This document shows, one piece after another, positions 37,036 through 50,952 of a DNA stretch of 64,000 nucleotides. The position numbers and the translations under genes were made by a program. The notes beneath the pieces were generated by a model, which saw only the letters and a program-made list of their open reading frames with translations, searched no databases and was not told where the DNA came from. Every line of letters begins with the position of its first letter. The first letter of the stretch is position 1. This DNA comes from Callorhinchus milii (taxonomy: Eukaryota), in assembly GCF_018977255.1 (NCBI RefSeq), contig NW_024704742.1:32676001-32740000 (forward strand), written 5' to 3'.

Positions 37036-37851
37036 TCAAGGAAAAGTAGCAAACAGAGAAAGAGAAAGATTTACTCCATTTCAATGAATGAAGACTCACA
37101 TGCTTTGTATTGTCAAGATGAGCTTCCTTAAAGAAGTAATGGCATTGCTGTCCCTCTCTCCGTGAAGAATACAAAACTTTTTGTCACTTGACAGTGGAGC
37201 TTTCTATTAAAGGATAGTACACTTGGTTGCACCATTTAAGATATTCTGCGATAATCTTCACAGCTGTATGTTATTTCATATCCGTTGACTTTAAAAAAAA
37301 ACAGCACTGTTGCTGGCCGTGAAGCTTTGCAAACAGTAAAAGGCAGAGCCTCCATGATAAAATCTTCTAAAATCTAACCTCATAACAACCTCCAATAATA
37401 ATAATAATCTTTGAATTTGTATAGCTCCTTTCACATCTGGAGGATGTCACAAAGCATTTCACAGGATATATTGAAAGGTGGAATGACTGCGTATTTTATG
37501 CAGTGCTGGGAGTGTGCTGCATTCTTGGAGCTGCTGTTCATTCATGGAGACATTAAAGCCAACGTCTGCCTGACTATTCAGGTAGACGTTAAAGATCTCA
37601 AAACATTATTTGAAAAGAGAAGGGAGTATTTCCTGCTATCCTGCCAGCAATCCTCCAGACAAAATTGGTTTGTCAATTCATGGCTGTGTATGAGACATTG
37701 CTGTGGACAAATTGTATTCAACTACAAAATGCACAGTTTGACATAAGATGTCAATTGGAAATTGCACAGGGATATAATTATAAATTGTTTAAACCATATA
37801 CAACAACATGTATATTTATAGATATATATATATTTATAGATAAATATATAT

Positions 37852-38117
37852 GAGTCCTGTAGCTCAGTGGTTAGGGCGAAACCTTGGGCAAGTTTCCTTA
37901 CTCCACACGCCTGATAATAATCCCTAAAAAAAATAATAAATTGGTCACTTCAATACACGCTGTTTGTGGGACACTGCTGTGTGCAATTGGCTGCCGCATT
38001 TCGTCCACAAACATACAGTCAATTCATTTTACAGTCTATTCTGTAAAGTGCTTTGAGACGTCTAGAAGCTGTGAAAAACGCTATATCAAATGCAAGGATT
38101 ATTATTATGATTATTAT
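37852..38117 (+). mobile_element. tRNA-derived SINE with deletion in the head
   Basis: GAGTCCTGTAGCTCAGTGGTTAG is joined directly to GGCGAAACCTTGGGCAAG; the tail is standard. Confidence 0.85.
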
Positions 38118-38149
38118 TTTGTGGGCGAACTTAGAACCAAATATAACTC

Positions 38150-38646
38150 ACAGCCACATGCATACTCCATATGTGTATCCAAAATGCCGCCGCCCACATA
38201 CTCACCCACACTAAACTCCGTAGCCCCATCACACCAGTTCTGACCAGGCTCTAATGGCTCCCTATCGCTGAAAGGATCGATTTCCAGATCCTCACACTTG
38301 TTTTCAAACCCCTTCATGCCCTGGCACCTTCCTACCTCTCCAACCTGCTTACTCCCCAACCCACTACCTGCTGCCTCTGCTCGACTGGCTCCGACCTTCT
38401 GTATAACCCTCGTGCCCTCCATTTCACCATTGGTGGCCGCGCTTTCAGCCGAGAAACTCTGAAACACTCTTCCTCTATTCCTCCACCTTGTTCCCTTCCT
38501 TCACCATCTTCAGGTCGTGCCTGAAGACCTACCTATTCGACCGTGCCTATGGTCACCTCCCATCCCCCCAACTTGCGTCATGCTGTCAAGCGCTCTGGGA
38601 TGCTACCCTCTGTGATGGGTGCTATATAAATGCAAGTTGTTGTTGT
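38150..38646 (+). mobile_element. L2-clade LINE 3' fragment (other subfamily)
   Basis: Its 3' end is shared with 60615-60820; a related copy is at 4160-4459. Confidence 0.75.
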
Positions 38647-39884
38647 AAAATATGGTCCTGAGGATAATCCATCTCCAGCTCTGCTCCTTTCAGCTCATTG
38701 TATTGACCAACAATGGATGCCATGGCAAAGCAGTTTTAAATCATTGGGAAGATTGAGGAGCAATGAAAAGCCTTTTGCAGTAAAAGAATAGTTGGGGATG
38801 GTGCAGTTCTTTGCAGCTGCTAGGTTATTGTTAATGTACTATATAACATGGTGGATTATGAGGACTACAGTAACCAACCTTGAATGCAGTAACATGGGCT
38901 TTAACGTTACCTGCTATAGACGACAAGTGTGAGATCAATGAGTTTCGCCCACAAAATTTACACTTCACAGTGTGTCGAAGTTGTGATAAGGCGCTATATC
39001 AAATGCAAGGATTATTATTATTATAAAGTGAATCTTGCAGCTAAAGTCAGAAGCCTGAATATAAAAAATGTACAGAGAAACTGAGAGCGTGTTCGAAAGT
39101 CTCACAGGGAACATGAGATAACTAGCAGCAATCACAGTACATCCCTGAACTGGGCTCAAGTGACCTTTGAGCATCTGCAAAACAAATTCTTAAGGGTCAG
39201 ACTGGGGACAGATACTTCAGTGAACCTGGAAGCACAGCTCAAAAATGGATCAATTTTTGAAAAGATATACATTGTACATATAAAACAGAAAAAAATGTAT
39301 GTAGATTAGCCAGGTAAGTGTGCTGATGCAGGCACTACTCTACTTTGTCACTGTCCTCCATTGCCCTAAAGAGGTGAAAAAAACAAGTTGCATCAAAAGA
39401 GAAACAAAGGGGAAAAAAATGATTGTGCAAGAGAACAACAAGTTGCATTTATATACAGTGGTGCCAATCATGTTGGGAGAACATCCCAAGCCACTGAGAA
39501 AGCTAAAGACCGATGACTCCTGCGTAGATTCATGTTGGATTGCTCCAGGAATTGGCCAAAGAACATTTTCGTGCACAAAATGAATGTAAAAATTGCAAAA
39601 TTACAGAATCTGCCCAGCGCTTTGGGACGTCCTCCCGACGTGAAAGGTGCTCTATAAATGTAATTTTGTTGTTGTTGTTGTTGTATGAATCCAAAGATTT
39701 AAGACTTGGTAAGCCACTGTTTGATTCGCAAAGGTCTCCATCAGCATGATAAATTTACTATGTGTTTCCACGTAGAGCAGGCTAACCAGGTGCTGAACAA
39801 GCCTCCTTCGGACAGTACATGTGAAGTGGTACATGGCTTTGACCCCATTGTGGAGTACTGTTTACTCCATGACTGCCATTGTTG

Positions 39885-40600
39885 CAAGGCGGAGGAATGG
39901 TTCCAGAGAGTGGGGGCAGAAAGGCTGAAGGCCCAAACACCGATAGTGGAGCGGGAAGGGCAGAGGATGTGGAGCAGGCCAGTTTCTGCAGAGCAGAGGA
40001 TGTGGACAGGTTGGTGAAGTTTTATAGGTCACAGAGTTAGGGAGGAGCAAGACCATGGAGGGCTTTTAAAGTAAGGTCCTCTGGGAGATGGGGAGCCAGT
40101 GAAGCCGGGAAAGAATGAGGGTGATCGGCTCATGAAGCTTAGTGTGGGAGAGGACACGAGCTCCCGAGTTCTTAATAATATACAACTTGTGGAGGGAAGA
40201 GTTGGGAAGTCCAGCAAGCAGGGAGTTAGTATAGTCAAGCCTGGACATAATGAAAGCACGGATAAGGGTTCCAGCAGTCTGAGTGGTGAGGCAGTGGTGG
40301 CGGCTGGCAATGTTGCGTGGGGGCAGCAGACTGGGTCATGGCATGGACGTAGGGTTTAAAGTACAGTTGAGGTTTGAACAAAACATCAAGGTTCTCTACT
40401 GACTCAGCGAGGTGGAGTGGATCCATGGATGGTGATGCTGTCAGAGCCTGAAATGCGGAACGCAGACAGAAGCCAAGCAGGGGGCACTCGGTTTTGTCAA
40501 CATTCATCTGTACAAATTGGCTCTCAACCAGGACTTGATGTCTGACAGACAGTCTGTCAGGACAGCAGTGGTTCTGGAGTCGAGGATGGAGGCAGAGAGA
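39885..40600 (-). mobile_element. L2-clade LINE fragment
   Basis: SRLDYTNSLLAGLP, LHWLP. Confidence 0.85.
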
Positions 40601-42300
40601 TGTTTATCACAAAGTATATACATCACCAGGTGTACATCACCAGCTATATGTATTAGAATTAAAAAATGAGCAGAATTCTGCAAATGTCTTAAATTCAGTC
40701 ATCATTTGGAAGCTGTAGTTCTTACAAGGAAACCACCATCCAAAGGTAGAATCCACAGGCTAAGATGTTTGGTTGGCATTTTCGGTCTCATATACACAAA
40801 CACACCTCAGATTTTTGTTAACTTAGTTTGTCAGTTGAAAACAAATCTTTGTTTAGCTTCTAAATTTAAATTCAAATATGAAAGAAAATCAGAGTTGACA
40901 ACCAGGAAATGATAAGTAGCCACTTTGCACTGACTATATTTTGTAACCTTGTTCCATAGGAACACAAGATACCCACAAAACATGCAGTCACTGCACTTCA
41001 CAGTTCATGTTGTGAAGTGCTCTGAGATATCCTCCTGAGGTGAAAGGCGCTGTGCCAAATGTAAGGATGATTATTATTATAGGGGCTATTATTCTACATA
41101 ATGCACAATTCCAAATGTTGCAGCCAGAATGTCCTATTGGATATAAAATAAAGTGAACTTCCTGCACATTTAAATCCAAAGGTCACACAGCAAACTGTAG
41201 CAGGAGATATTCTGAGCCGGTTTGATTAATAGAGGACACGATTTAACATCTGTTAACCACAGGTAACTGATCTGCCCATACAGGCTCCAACAGACCCGTA
41301 ATTTTAAGAGCCAACTAAATTTATCCTGTTTCTAGTAGTTGCTGGAAAACGGTGGTGTCTGAACCATCCATGTAGACGGACAAAATAGGGATTAACATGG
41401 TGTCAAGAATTTTATTTTATGCTTGATGTGAGCAGTTATGGAATAAGGGTGTACATTGAGGTGTTTTATGGTACAGAGTAAATTGACTAAAGTAACACGA
41501 TGATCTGACTTTCTAATTTATTTTGACCTTCCCCCCCCTCCACCCCCCACCCACCATCCCCACAATCTGTCTGCAGGAATGTGATTAAGGCTTGCTAGGT
41601 TTGTAATAGATATGCAGTCGAGTCCCTCTTCGTATTTTAGTTTGTACCTGAGCCCAGTGGATTTAAGATGTAACATTGGACAGCAATATCTGGTTGCTGC
41701 GATTCCAAACCAAGGAGACCACAAGATTACATTACCCAATGAGAGATGTCAAGTGTTTTATACATAAAGGCTTGTTTTTCATGGGTATAACCTACTTAAT
41801 AAATAGTTTCTGAATCCTTTGCTACAACATATATCACTGCTTGACCCTGACAAAATGCAGAAGTTAAATGCGTTCTTTTAATGAACTGCTCCTCGGGATT
41901 TCTATGTCCCTGTAGTTTTATGAAAATAAATGGAGGACAATCCATCTGCTGCACAGTGCCTGCCAGGATGAGGAAACTAAATTAGTAACAGGCAATGCAT
42001 GCAAACAGTTGCTAATTCTCACTGTACATTACTCAACCCATTGCTCCACACATGGTACATGAACATGCTGAGACGAGTCTACTTCCCTGAAGTGCATCGT
42101 GTTTGGTGTCAATTTAAAAATGGCAACAACAGCAGACAGATCATTAATAATTTGGCATAGCACCTTTCATATCGGGAGGATGTCTCAAAACACTTCGCAG
42201 GATATGCAAAGTGTAATGACTGTGTGTGTGGTCAAACATCATGCTCATATTAATAATCTACTCTACCTCACATACTTGTGTACTTGTTTACAGAATTGTA

Positions 42301-42615
42301 TTAATAATAATAACAATCCTTGCATTTGATATAGCACCTTATCACTTCTTCAAGATGTTTCAATGCGCTTCACAGAATATACTGGAAAGTGAATTGACTG
42401 TATATTTTTTAGGGCAAAATGCAGTAGCCAATTTCACACAGCAGTGTCCTCCAAACAGTCATGGACTGAAATGACCAATTTATTATTATTATTTTTTTGA
42501 AGGAATTATTACCCACGGAAAAGTGATCCTCCAATTGACTAACAACCGGGTTCCTACTTACTGCTGGGTAAACAGAGGCATGTGGAGTTAGGAAACTTGC
42601 CCAACATTTCACCCT
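42301..42615 (-). mobile_element. tRNA-derived SINE (long variant), head missing
   Basis: Matches the 27160 copy. Confidence 0.85.
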
Positions 42616-43359
42616 GCGAATTGTAGAATACGTACTGTACAGAAGGAAGCCATTCGGCCCAATGTGACTGAACTGGTACTAACCACCACCCTCTCCTTCC
42701 CCCCGCTGGAGGTATCTGGTTTAATCTCATTCCTCTCTTCTTTCCCTGAGCCCATTACTATTATTTTCCTCAAGTATTTGTGCAATTTCTTATAACCATG
42801 CACCTCATTACTACACTTGTTTGTAATAATGCAAGAAATCTTTAATTTGATATAGGGCCTTATCAACATTACCAAAACATCCCAAAGCACTTCACAGAAT
42901 CGACACTAAAACGTAGTGACTGTATTTGTAGATATATGTGGTTAGTTTTATGAGTGTAATAATAAAAGATTCTAAAAGTTTCAATCCAGTGAAATATATT
43001 TACTGTGAAGTGCTCCGAGACATGAAATATAAATGTGAAATATACGTGAAGTATAAATGCAAGTTATTATTATTGTTAAGATATACCAGAAGTAAGAGTT
43101 CCATAACCAAAACCTTTTGTTCCACTGGGAGTTTTTAGTTGATGACCCCTGTAATTGCTACATGACAGCATATTGTACAAATTGGATTTGAAGACATTGT
43201 TAAAGCAGCCCATATTGCTTGTCTTTGATCTTGTATGTTAAGTTCATTTGGTAATTTGTCAGTAGTTTATTTAAATCTTTTTTTAATCTTTCTTCCGTGA
43301 AAATGAGTTATCATCAAAGCTAATGCATCTGAAATTTAATCTTAAGCCTCTGGGGTAAA

Positions 43360-43940
43360 CAACAACAACAACAACAAAATTACATTTGTATAACGCCTTT
43401 CACATCAGGAGGATGTCCCAAGATTCTGGACAGTCAGTGTTTTGGACCCAAGCTGGGGGTCAGGATCAGGGAGGCCGGAGGGCAGTGGGGGAAGGAGGGT
43501 GATCGAAGGTATGGTTCAAGAGGAGTGTCTTGAGGCAGGTCTTGAAGGAGGCAAGGAAGTGAGCAAGGTGGAAGGACTGCGGAATGGAGTTCCAGAGGGT
43601 GGGGACAGAGTGGCTGAAGGCTCACCTGCCAATGCTGGGGCAGGTGAGGTGGGGATGTGAAGCAGGCTGGAGCCCACTGCGCGGAGGGAGTGGGTAGGTT
43701 GGTAGGAAGTCGCAGAGGTGGGGGCAGGGGGCAAGGCCATGGAGGGCTTTGAAGGTGAAGACCAAGATCTTGAATCTTGGACAGAGCCCTGAGGAATGTC
43801 GCACAAGATGGTGCGGGGGCTTGAGGAAAAATTGTTTGTAGAAATGAAGTGGAGGCAGTGTGAGAGGTAGGATCAGAACCATTCAAGGACAGAACCATGA
43901 AGGTAAGAGGAGAGGCGGTGGAGGAGGATAGAGTGATCAA
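43360..43940 (-). mobile_element. L2-clade LINE 3' fragment with internal deletion
   Basis: FKILVFTFKALHGLAP and a (GTT)n tail. Confidence 0.85.
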
Positions 43941-45044
43941 CAGTGAAGTACCCATCACTGATGATATTCTAATCATCAGTGTGATTTTCATAGATTGACA
44001 ATGTATCAAATACCAATTTTTAGCATAGTGAAAGAACATAATTTTAAGGGCAATACTTTATATCACCGAAATCTTGTATGAAGTACACTCAAATCGAGTT
44101 GCAACCATAACAATTTCAGAACAATAGTTCTCCATTTGTAATGAATCAATGGAGAAATCAGATACCTGTACATGTAATCCAATTCAATTCTATACAATGC
44201 AATTTACACTTATATAGCACTTTTCCTGTCAGGAGGAGGTATCAAAATGCTTGACAATTCTGAATGAGCACCGGAGCTGAGAACGGGAGCTGAAGAGGTG
44301 AGGAGGGGAAAGATGATCGAAAAATGGTCTAAGAGGTACATTTTAAGAGATACATAGAAAGAGGGGGAAGTCCTTCATTTGAATCCATTCCAGACAGATG
44401 GAGTTTCTCCCAGTGTCCTGGCCAACAATCCCCAGATACATTTGATCACTCACTTCATGGTTGTTTGTGGTACATTAGGTGCCGTGTTTGCCAACAAATA
44501 CACAATCACCACACATTAAATTACATTAAATCCTGCAATGCGCTTTGAGACATTTTGACAACGTGATAAAATGGGGAAATGAAGGAGCAAACAGCATTTT
44601 GCGTGCTGGAGTCTAACTAGCTAAAACCGCGTACCACTGATATTGCTGTCTGGCAAGTTTTTCTGCTACTAGATAATTATTTGGGGAGGACAAGTTTGCA
44701 GGGCTATGAGGAGAGAGCAGGGGAATAGGATTGATTTGGAAGCTCTTTTAAAAGAGGCGGCACAGACACGATAGGCCAAGTGGCCTCCTTCTGTACTGTA
44801 TAATTCTATGATTCTATGAGTGTCCAACTAGGACCACCCTACCCGTTAGGGTTTGACTTGCAGGACTAACAGAGCCCCTTGTGAGTAGCATGAACTATGA
44901 ATGCACTTGAAGTGTTTCAGATTAGATTTAATTTCCACCATCCTGAATTTATTCTTCATTTATTCTTAATCTTGACACAAACCTAATGTTTTTCATCAAG
45001 TATCAAATTACTATTTTCCTGCAACCCAGATGGTGTAATAATTA

Positions 45045-45385
45045 AAATTAATCCTTGTTTTTCATGTAGCACCTTATCATGTGGTTGAAAAGCACTTCTC
45101 CAGATTATACTGTTTACTACAGTGACTGTATATTCTGTAGGCAACCATCACAGCCAATTTGTGCACAGCAAAGTCCCACAAGGAGTCATGAAGTGAGTGA
45201 TCATTTTTATTTGAGGGATTGTTGACTATGACACCAGGAGAAACTCCCTTCTCCTTTCGGTAGTGCCAAGGGATCTTAAATGTCTAGCTGAACCTCAGTT
45301 AGACATCTCATTCAAAAGCACCTCCGACAATGCAGCATGTCTCCAACACTGTGTTGGAGTGTCAGCCTAGACTGCGAGTTCAAGA
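45045..45385 (-). mobile_element. Deu-domain SINE
   Basis: Same core in reverse orientation. Similar copies at about 33830-34170, 37500-37740, 49160-49360 and 53150-53410. Confidence 0.65.
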
Positions 45386-46107
45386 CTCTGGCGTGGGAGA
45401 TCAGAAGCCAACAGGGGTCAGTATTGGGACCACTGCTGTTTTTGATCTGTATAAATGACCTGGACTTGGATATGGCCCTCAATAATACTTTGGTAACAAA
45501 ACTCCATGGCAGGTTATTGTGGTTTATCTGTTAGTGCAAAATGCATTAGATAAAAGTCCACTGAGAATTTGAAACTCAATGAACATTTCCAGTATGTACA
45601 TTACTGTTGAAAGCCGTAATTAAATCTTGCTGTAAGCACTTGGATTCTAGACAATTAAAGATAGCACAGGGCAATAAATACCATTGTGATCTATGTCCAA
45701 ACCACATAGGGTTGACCTTTTTACAGTTGTAGTCACTTTAACACTTTGAGGTGCGGTGTGAATTTGTCACAGTAGTATTCTGTTTATATATGTTATGAGT
45801 CACCAGTTATCATGGTTTGTTGATGGTATAATTTTTATTCAGTCAGTCTGACACATGTTGACCATCACCACAATTAAGAGGATCCAAACCAGACTGAGAA
45901 TTCCACATTCAGAATCAAAGAATTTTACAGCGCAGAAGGAAGCCATTCAGTCCATTGTGCCTGTGCCGGTATATGCCAAACTTACATGAAAATGTCCCTG
46001 TGCCTGGAATAGTATGCACACTGCTTACCTAATTCCGGGAAGTATTAGGCACAGATTGGTGAGAACCAAGGCTTGGGAGGTGCATATCTTATACCGGCAC
46101 AGGCACA

Positions 46108-46516
46108 ATTCAAGATCTGGTCCTCACCTTCAAAGTCCTCCACAGTCTTGCTCCCCCCTACCCCTCCGACCTGCTAACCTCCTACCAACCTGTTCGTTCC
46201 CTCTGCTCAGTGGGCTCCGACCTGCTTCACGTCCCCCGTCTCGCTCGCCCCACTATCGGTGGGAGGGTCTTCCGTCACTCTGCCCCCACCTTCTGGAGCT
46301 CCATCCGGCTGTCCTTCTATCTTGCCCACTCCCTTCCCACCTTTAACACTCACCTCAAGACCCTCCTCTTTGACCGTGCTTTCAATCTCCCTGCTTCCCC
46401 CACCCCGACCCCAGCTCGGGTCCATAACTCTGTCTGTCCAGCATCTTGGGATGTCCTCCCGACGTGAAAGGCGCAATACAAATGTAATTTTGTTGTTGTT
46501 GCTGTTGTTGTTGTTG
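46108..46516 (+). mobile_element. L2-clade LINE 3' fragment
   Basis: GGRVFRHSAPTFW..HLKTLLFD and tail. Confidence 0.85.
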
Positions 46517-46904
46517 GGAAACCCAGAGTGTGCATTGGGGTACTGCTGTAGTTCAACCAAGTAAAACCATTTATCTTGCAACTCTCTGGCTGCTTGTCCA
46601 GTCCGGAGCACCCGATCTATTGGAACTTTGGCTTGCGGGTTAACAGATGTATAGGACTTCAGCTGATGCAGTCATTCTCAAACAAAGAGAAATATATAGG
46701 TCCTGAAACATTTATTATAGCCCTGGCAAGATGAGAATTGCAATGAGAAAATAAATTACCACTTTGATGAACTTAATATGATCTGAATGTGGGTGTGCTT
46801 TGTCTGGTGAAGCCAGTCTAGAGTAATCTGAGGCCCAGTTCATGATTGAATAACACAACTGGATCTTTAATGAGACACAGACTGCACACATATTCTAATC
46901 TTGC

Positions 46905-47485
46905 AAATTTTGGTCTCCTTATTGCAGTTTTGGTCTCCTTATGCAGTTTTGGTCTCCTTATTTAAGGAAGGATGTACTTGCCTTGGAGGGGGTGCAGCGT
47001 AGATTTACTAAGTCAGTACCAGGGATGAAGGAGATGAGTTACGAGGATAGGCTGACCAATTTGGGCCTTTATTCTCTAGAATATAGAAGAATTAGAGGGT
47101 ATCTTATAAAAACCTATAAGATCATCAAAGGGTATGATGCAGTAGATAGTGGGAGATTGTTTCCTCTGGTTGGAGAAACTAAAACCAGGGGTCACAACCT
47201 TAAAATCAGAGACCAGCCCTTTCGCACTGAGTTGAGGAAGAACTTCTTCACTCAAAGGGTGGTGAATGTATGGAACTCACTACCCCAAAGGGCTGTTGGC
47301 GCTCAGTCCTTGAACATATTCAAGACTGAGATAGATATATTTCTTATTGCAAAAGGGATTAAGGGTATGGGGATAAGGCAGGGTTAGGTTATTAGCTGGA
47401 GTTAGATTAGAAGATCAGCCATGATTGAATGGCGGGGCAGCCTCGAAGGGCCGAATGGCCTACTCGTGCTCCTACATGTTATGTT
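46905..47485 (+). mobile_element. CR1-clade LINE 3' fragment
   Basis: QFWSPYLRKDVLALEGVQRRFTK...FFTQRVVNVWNSLP. Confidence 0.92.
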
Positions 47486-47559
47486 AATCCCAAGTAGCAA
47501 CAGATAGAGCAGTACTAGATGGACAATAACTAGAAACATACTAGCACTTTGAGACTTAC

Positions 47560-47915
47560 AAACAAAACAGAAGCCCATGGTATTAAAAAGACAGTGGCAG
47601 CATGGATACAGAACTGGCTGGGAGACAGAAATCAGAGAGTGGTGGTGAATGGTTGTTTTCTGACTAGAAGGAAATGTGCAGTGGTGTCCTCCAGGGGTCA
47701 GTACTGGGACCATTGCTGCTTTTAATCTCTATAAATGACCTGGACTTGGCTATAGGGAGTACAACTTCCAACTTTGCAGATGATACTAAGATGATACTAA
47801 GCCAGCAAAAGTAGTAAACAGTGAGAGGAGGATAGTAGCAGACTGCAAATGGACATAGACAGCCTGGTAAAATGGGCAGACACTTGGCAGATGAAGTTTA
47901 ATGTAGAGAAATGCT
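47560..47915 (+). mobile_element. CR1 reverse transcriptase fragment
   Basis: Sequence corresponding to GVLQGSVLGPLL and FADDTK (TTTGCAGATGATACTAAG). Confidence 0.8.
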
Positions 47916-47929
47916 ACTATGATACTTCA

Positions 47930-48207
47930 AATAATAATAATAATGCTTGCATTTGATATAGTGCTTTTCACGTCTTCTAGACGTCTCAAAGCGCTTCACA
48001 GAATAGACTGTAAAGTGAATTCACTGTACATACGTGGGTGAAACATGGCATGAGGCAGTGAAATGTGGCAGTGTCCCACAAACAGTCATAGATTGAGCGA
48101 CCAAATTATTATTGTTTTTTTTAATTGAGGCATTATTATCACCGAAAAAGCGATCTGCCAATCAACTAACAGCTGGGTTCCTACTTACTGCTAGGTAAAC
48201 AGAGGCG
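47930..48207 (-). mobile_element. tRNA-derived SINE (long variant), partial
   Basis: Matches the 27160 and 42301 copies. Confidence 0.8.
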
Positions 48208-49684
48208 TTTATAATAATAATACCTATATTTTATAAAAATAATTATTTTATAAAATAATTTTGTATTATATTGTTTTATAAAAATATACCTTATGCTAAA
48301 ATAATTCAGAAAATCAATAATTTTATGAATTTGGGCAAATCAAAACAGGACTCTACATCGTGCTCTCATGTGATTACTCAATTTAATAAAAGGCAAACAA
48401 AACTCATTCCAATCATTTCACTGATTTAAATTGGTTGATAGGATTTATGTTGCACATGTCGGCTAGTTAGTCCTCGTGAATTTATGGCAACAGTAAGAAA
48501 ATATCAATGTACTGTATATAACTCTGTGACAAATAAAACATGATACTGGAATGTTCTATTTTATTACAGTATCGATTTTTATTTTCAACTCACAGCTCAC
48601 CGTCCACCTATATGTTTAATATAACATTGAAATGTCTCAAAGTGTTTTACAAGGAGTTTCTGTAAAGTGTAGAGACTGTATTTGTCGGCAGGCAATATGC
48701 AACCCAATACCTCACAAACAGCCATAAAGTGTAAAGATCATCAATACCTTGCAGAACTTATCATGGAAGGGAGGAGAATGAGTGATTTGGTATTCAATGT
48801 ACTGTATAAAACTCAATGACAAATAAAACATGATACTGGAATGTTCTGTTTTATTACTGTAGCGATTTTTATTTTCAGCTGCACTACATTAATACAAAAA
48901 TGTTTCAATACCTCAAACCTATTTGTATGAAGCAACTTCCACCTTTTTTGGAAAGATTTATGGGATGAAGGGGATGAAGGAGAAAGAGGTATGGAAACGT
49001 GAAGGAAATTCAGTAACATCCAAGAGGAAAATAGAGAGTGAATGATGGAACTTTATTCTAAGCAACATAGAAACATGTTTAGTGGGAAAATATCTGGACT
49101 TTAAGTTAACAATTAAAGTGGAGTTGCTTACACTGTATAACTGCATAAATTGTAAACTTAAACCCAGGTCCTGTCTGCCTATTTTCAGGTGGACAATAAA
49201 GATCTCATAATACCATTTAAAGAGAGGACGGAAGGGTGGGGGGGGGGGGGTCTCTCAGTGTGTTGACTACAATCATCTTCCTAACTCAAATAGCCATTGT
49301 GTTTGCTTAAAATCAATGGTCACTACAGTCAACAGTAATTACCTGTGAAGCACTTTGAGAATATTTATAGCCGCTTACGTAAACATTCACACCAAGGAAT
49401 ATACCAAGTTTTACAACTCGACACAGAATAACATCACAATTGGATCTACTTTCAGTCCTTGACTTCTTCCCCAACAGGTCCAGGGCTTTGTGTTAAACAT
49501 ATGGATATATCACCAAAGGAATAAGGACTGTTGAGAGCCTTTATATTAGATACTTTAATTTTTGATTGTGAAACTCCTGATTAGTTAAACTCTGTCTCGA
49601 TTAACTTTTCAAAAAGATGCAGGAATTTCCATTGTTATTTAGGAAAATCTGCAAGTGCTACAATGTTGGATCAAGTCCAGCGAT

Positions 49685-49715
<31 letters not shown>

Positions 49716-50482
49716 GTGGCATTTTGGAATGCCCCAAATTAGTACCTTATCATGTCGTTGAGACGTCTCAAAGCGCTTCACAGAACATACTGTAAAGTGA
49801 ATTGATCATGCATTTTGTGGACAAAATTAAAAGCTGATTCTTATGGAAAATATTCAATGATAGAAGGAAGGGTAGCAGGAGAGGGGTGGAGGCGCAGGGG
49901 GACGGGTGGGGAGCACAGCAGTCAGAAAACTGTATAGGCTGAATGCTTTCCTGTCCAGCTACTAGTTAGCTCAGCTGTCCCTTATGTTAAAAGCCTTCAG
50001 CAAAGTATTCTTTCTGCTCATAAGAAAGTAACAATCAGTCAGTCACATTTGAGAAGGAGCATAACATTTGAGAGATATGACCCCGTCAACAGCCAGCAAC
50101 TGCAGACCCACATTCTCTTTCCTGTACTCGCAGACAGGCCTCGCTGTCACATTTAACACCCCAAATTACCAACAAGAGATTCCATCAACTTTAAATAGAT
50201 GCTAATCCCGCTCTAGATTTCACTAGGTTGAACTTCTAAATTTCAAAACTGTTTACCCAGGCAATATTTTCCGTAGGGATCAGCTTTTAATTCCCATTGA
50301 CACATCAGCTAAGTGCTTCCAATTAAAAACTACGCAAACTGTTGAGGTATCACTTAGAGATTTTCTAAAATGAATCTGAAAAAGATATACAGCACTTTGT
50401 TTTGGTCAGCCGGGTATATAAACCATCACCACATTTAAGAGTATACAAACCAGACTGAGAGTTCCACATATGTAAAAAAAAT

Positions 50483-50682
50483 GCAAAATACTGCAGAAGC
50501 TGGAAATCTGAAACAAAACCAGAAGGGAACACTCAGCAGGTCCTTAAAAGTTAGTCCTTAAAAAGCCTCTCCCTCCCAACATGCCCGAGTTCTGACGAAG
50601 GGTCATGGAACCAAAATGTTGACTCACTTTCCTTTCTCCGTAGATGCTGCGTGAGTGTTTCCAGTGACTTCTGTTTTCGTTC
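50483..50682. mobile_element. Penelope-like terminal-repeat relic with degenerate hammerhead core
   Basis: Inverted arms GAAACAAAACCAGAAGGGAACACTCAGCAG / GAGTGTTTCCAGTGACTTCTGTTTTCGTTC, with internal CTGACGAAGGGTC...CCAAAATGTT. Confidence 0.55.
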
Positions 50683-50728
50683 TACATATGTATCCCATTA
50701 CACATGGATATTTCCCTGTGTCTGGAAC

Positions 50729-50952
50729 AATAATAATAATAATAATTCTTGTATTTGATACAGCGTCTTATCATATCTTTGAGACGTCTCAAAGTGCTTC
50801 ACAGAATATACTGTAAAGTGAATTGGCTGTGTATTTTGTGGGCAAAAGGCGGCAGCCAATTGCACAGAACAGTGCTCCACAAACTTGTTTACATTTAGCC
50901 CTGCCCGGGAATTGAACCTGGATCCTCTCGCTTGCAAGGCGAGTGCTCTAAC
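50729..50952 (-). mobile_element. tRNA-derived SINE, internally deleted
   Basis: Tail at 50729-50885 and head at 50897-50952. Confidence 0.8.
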
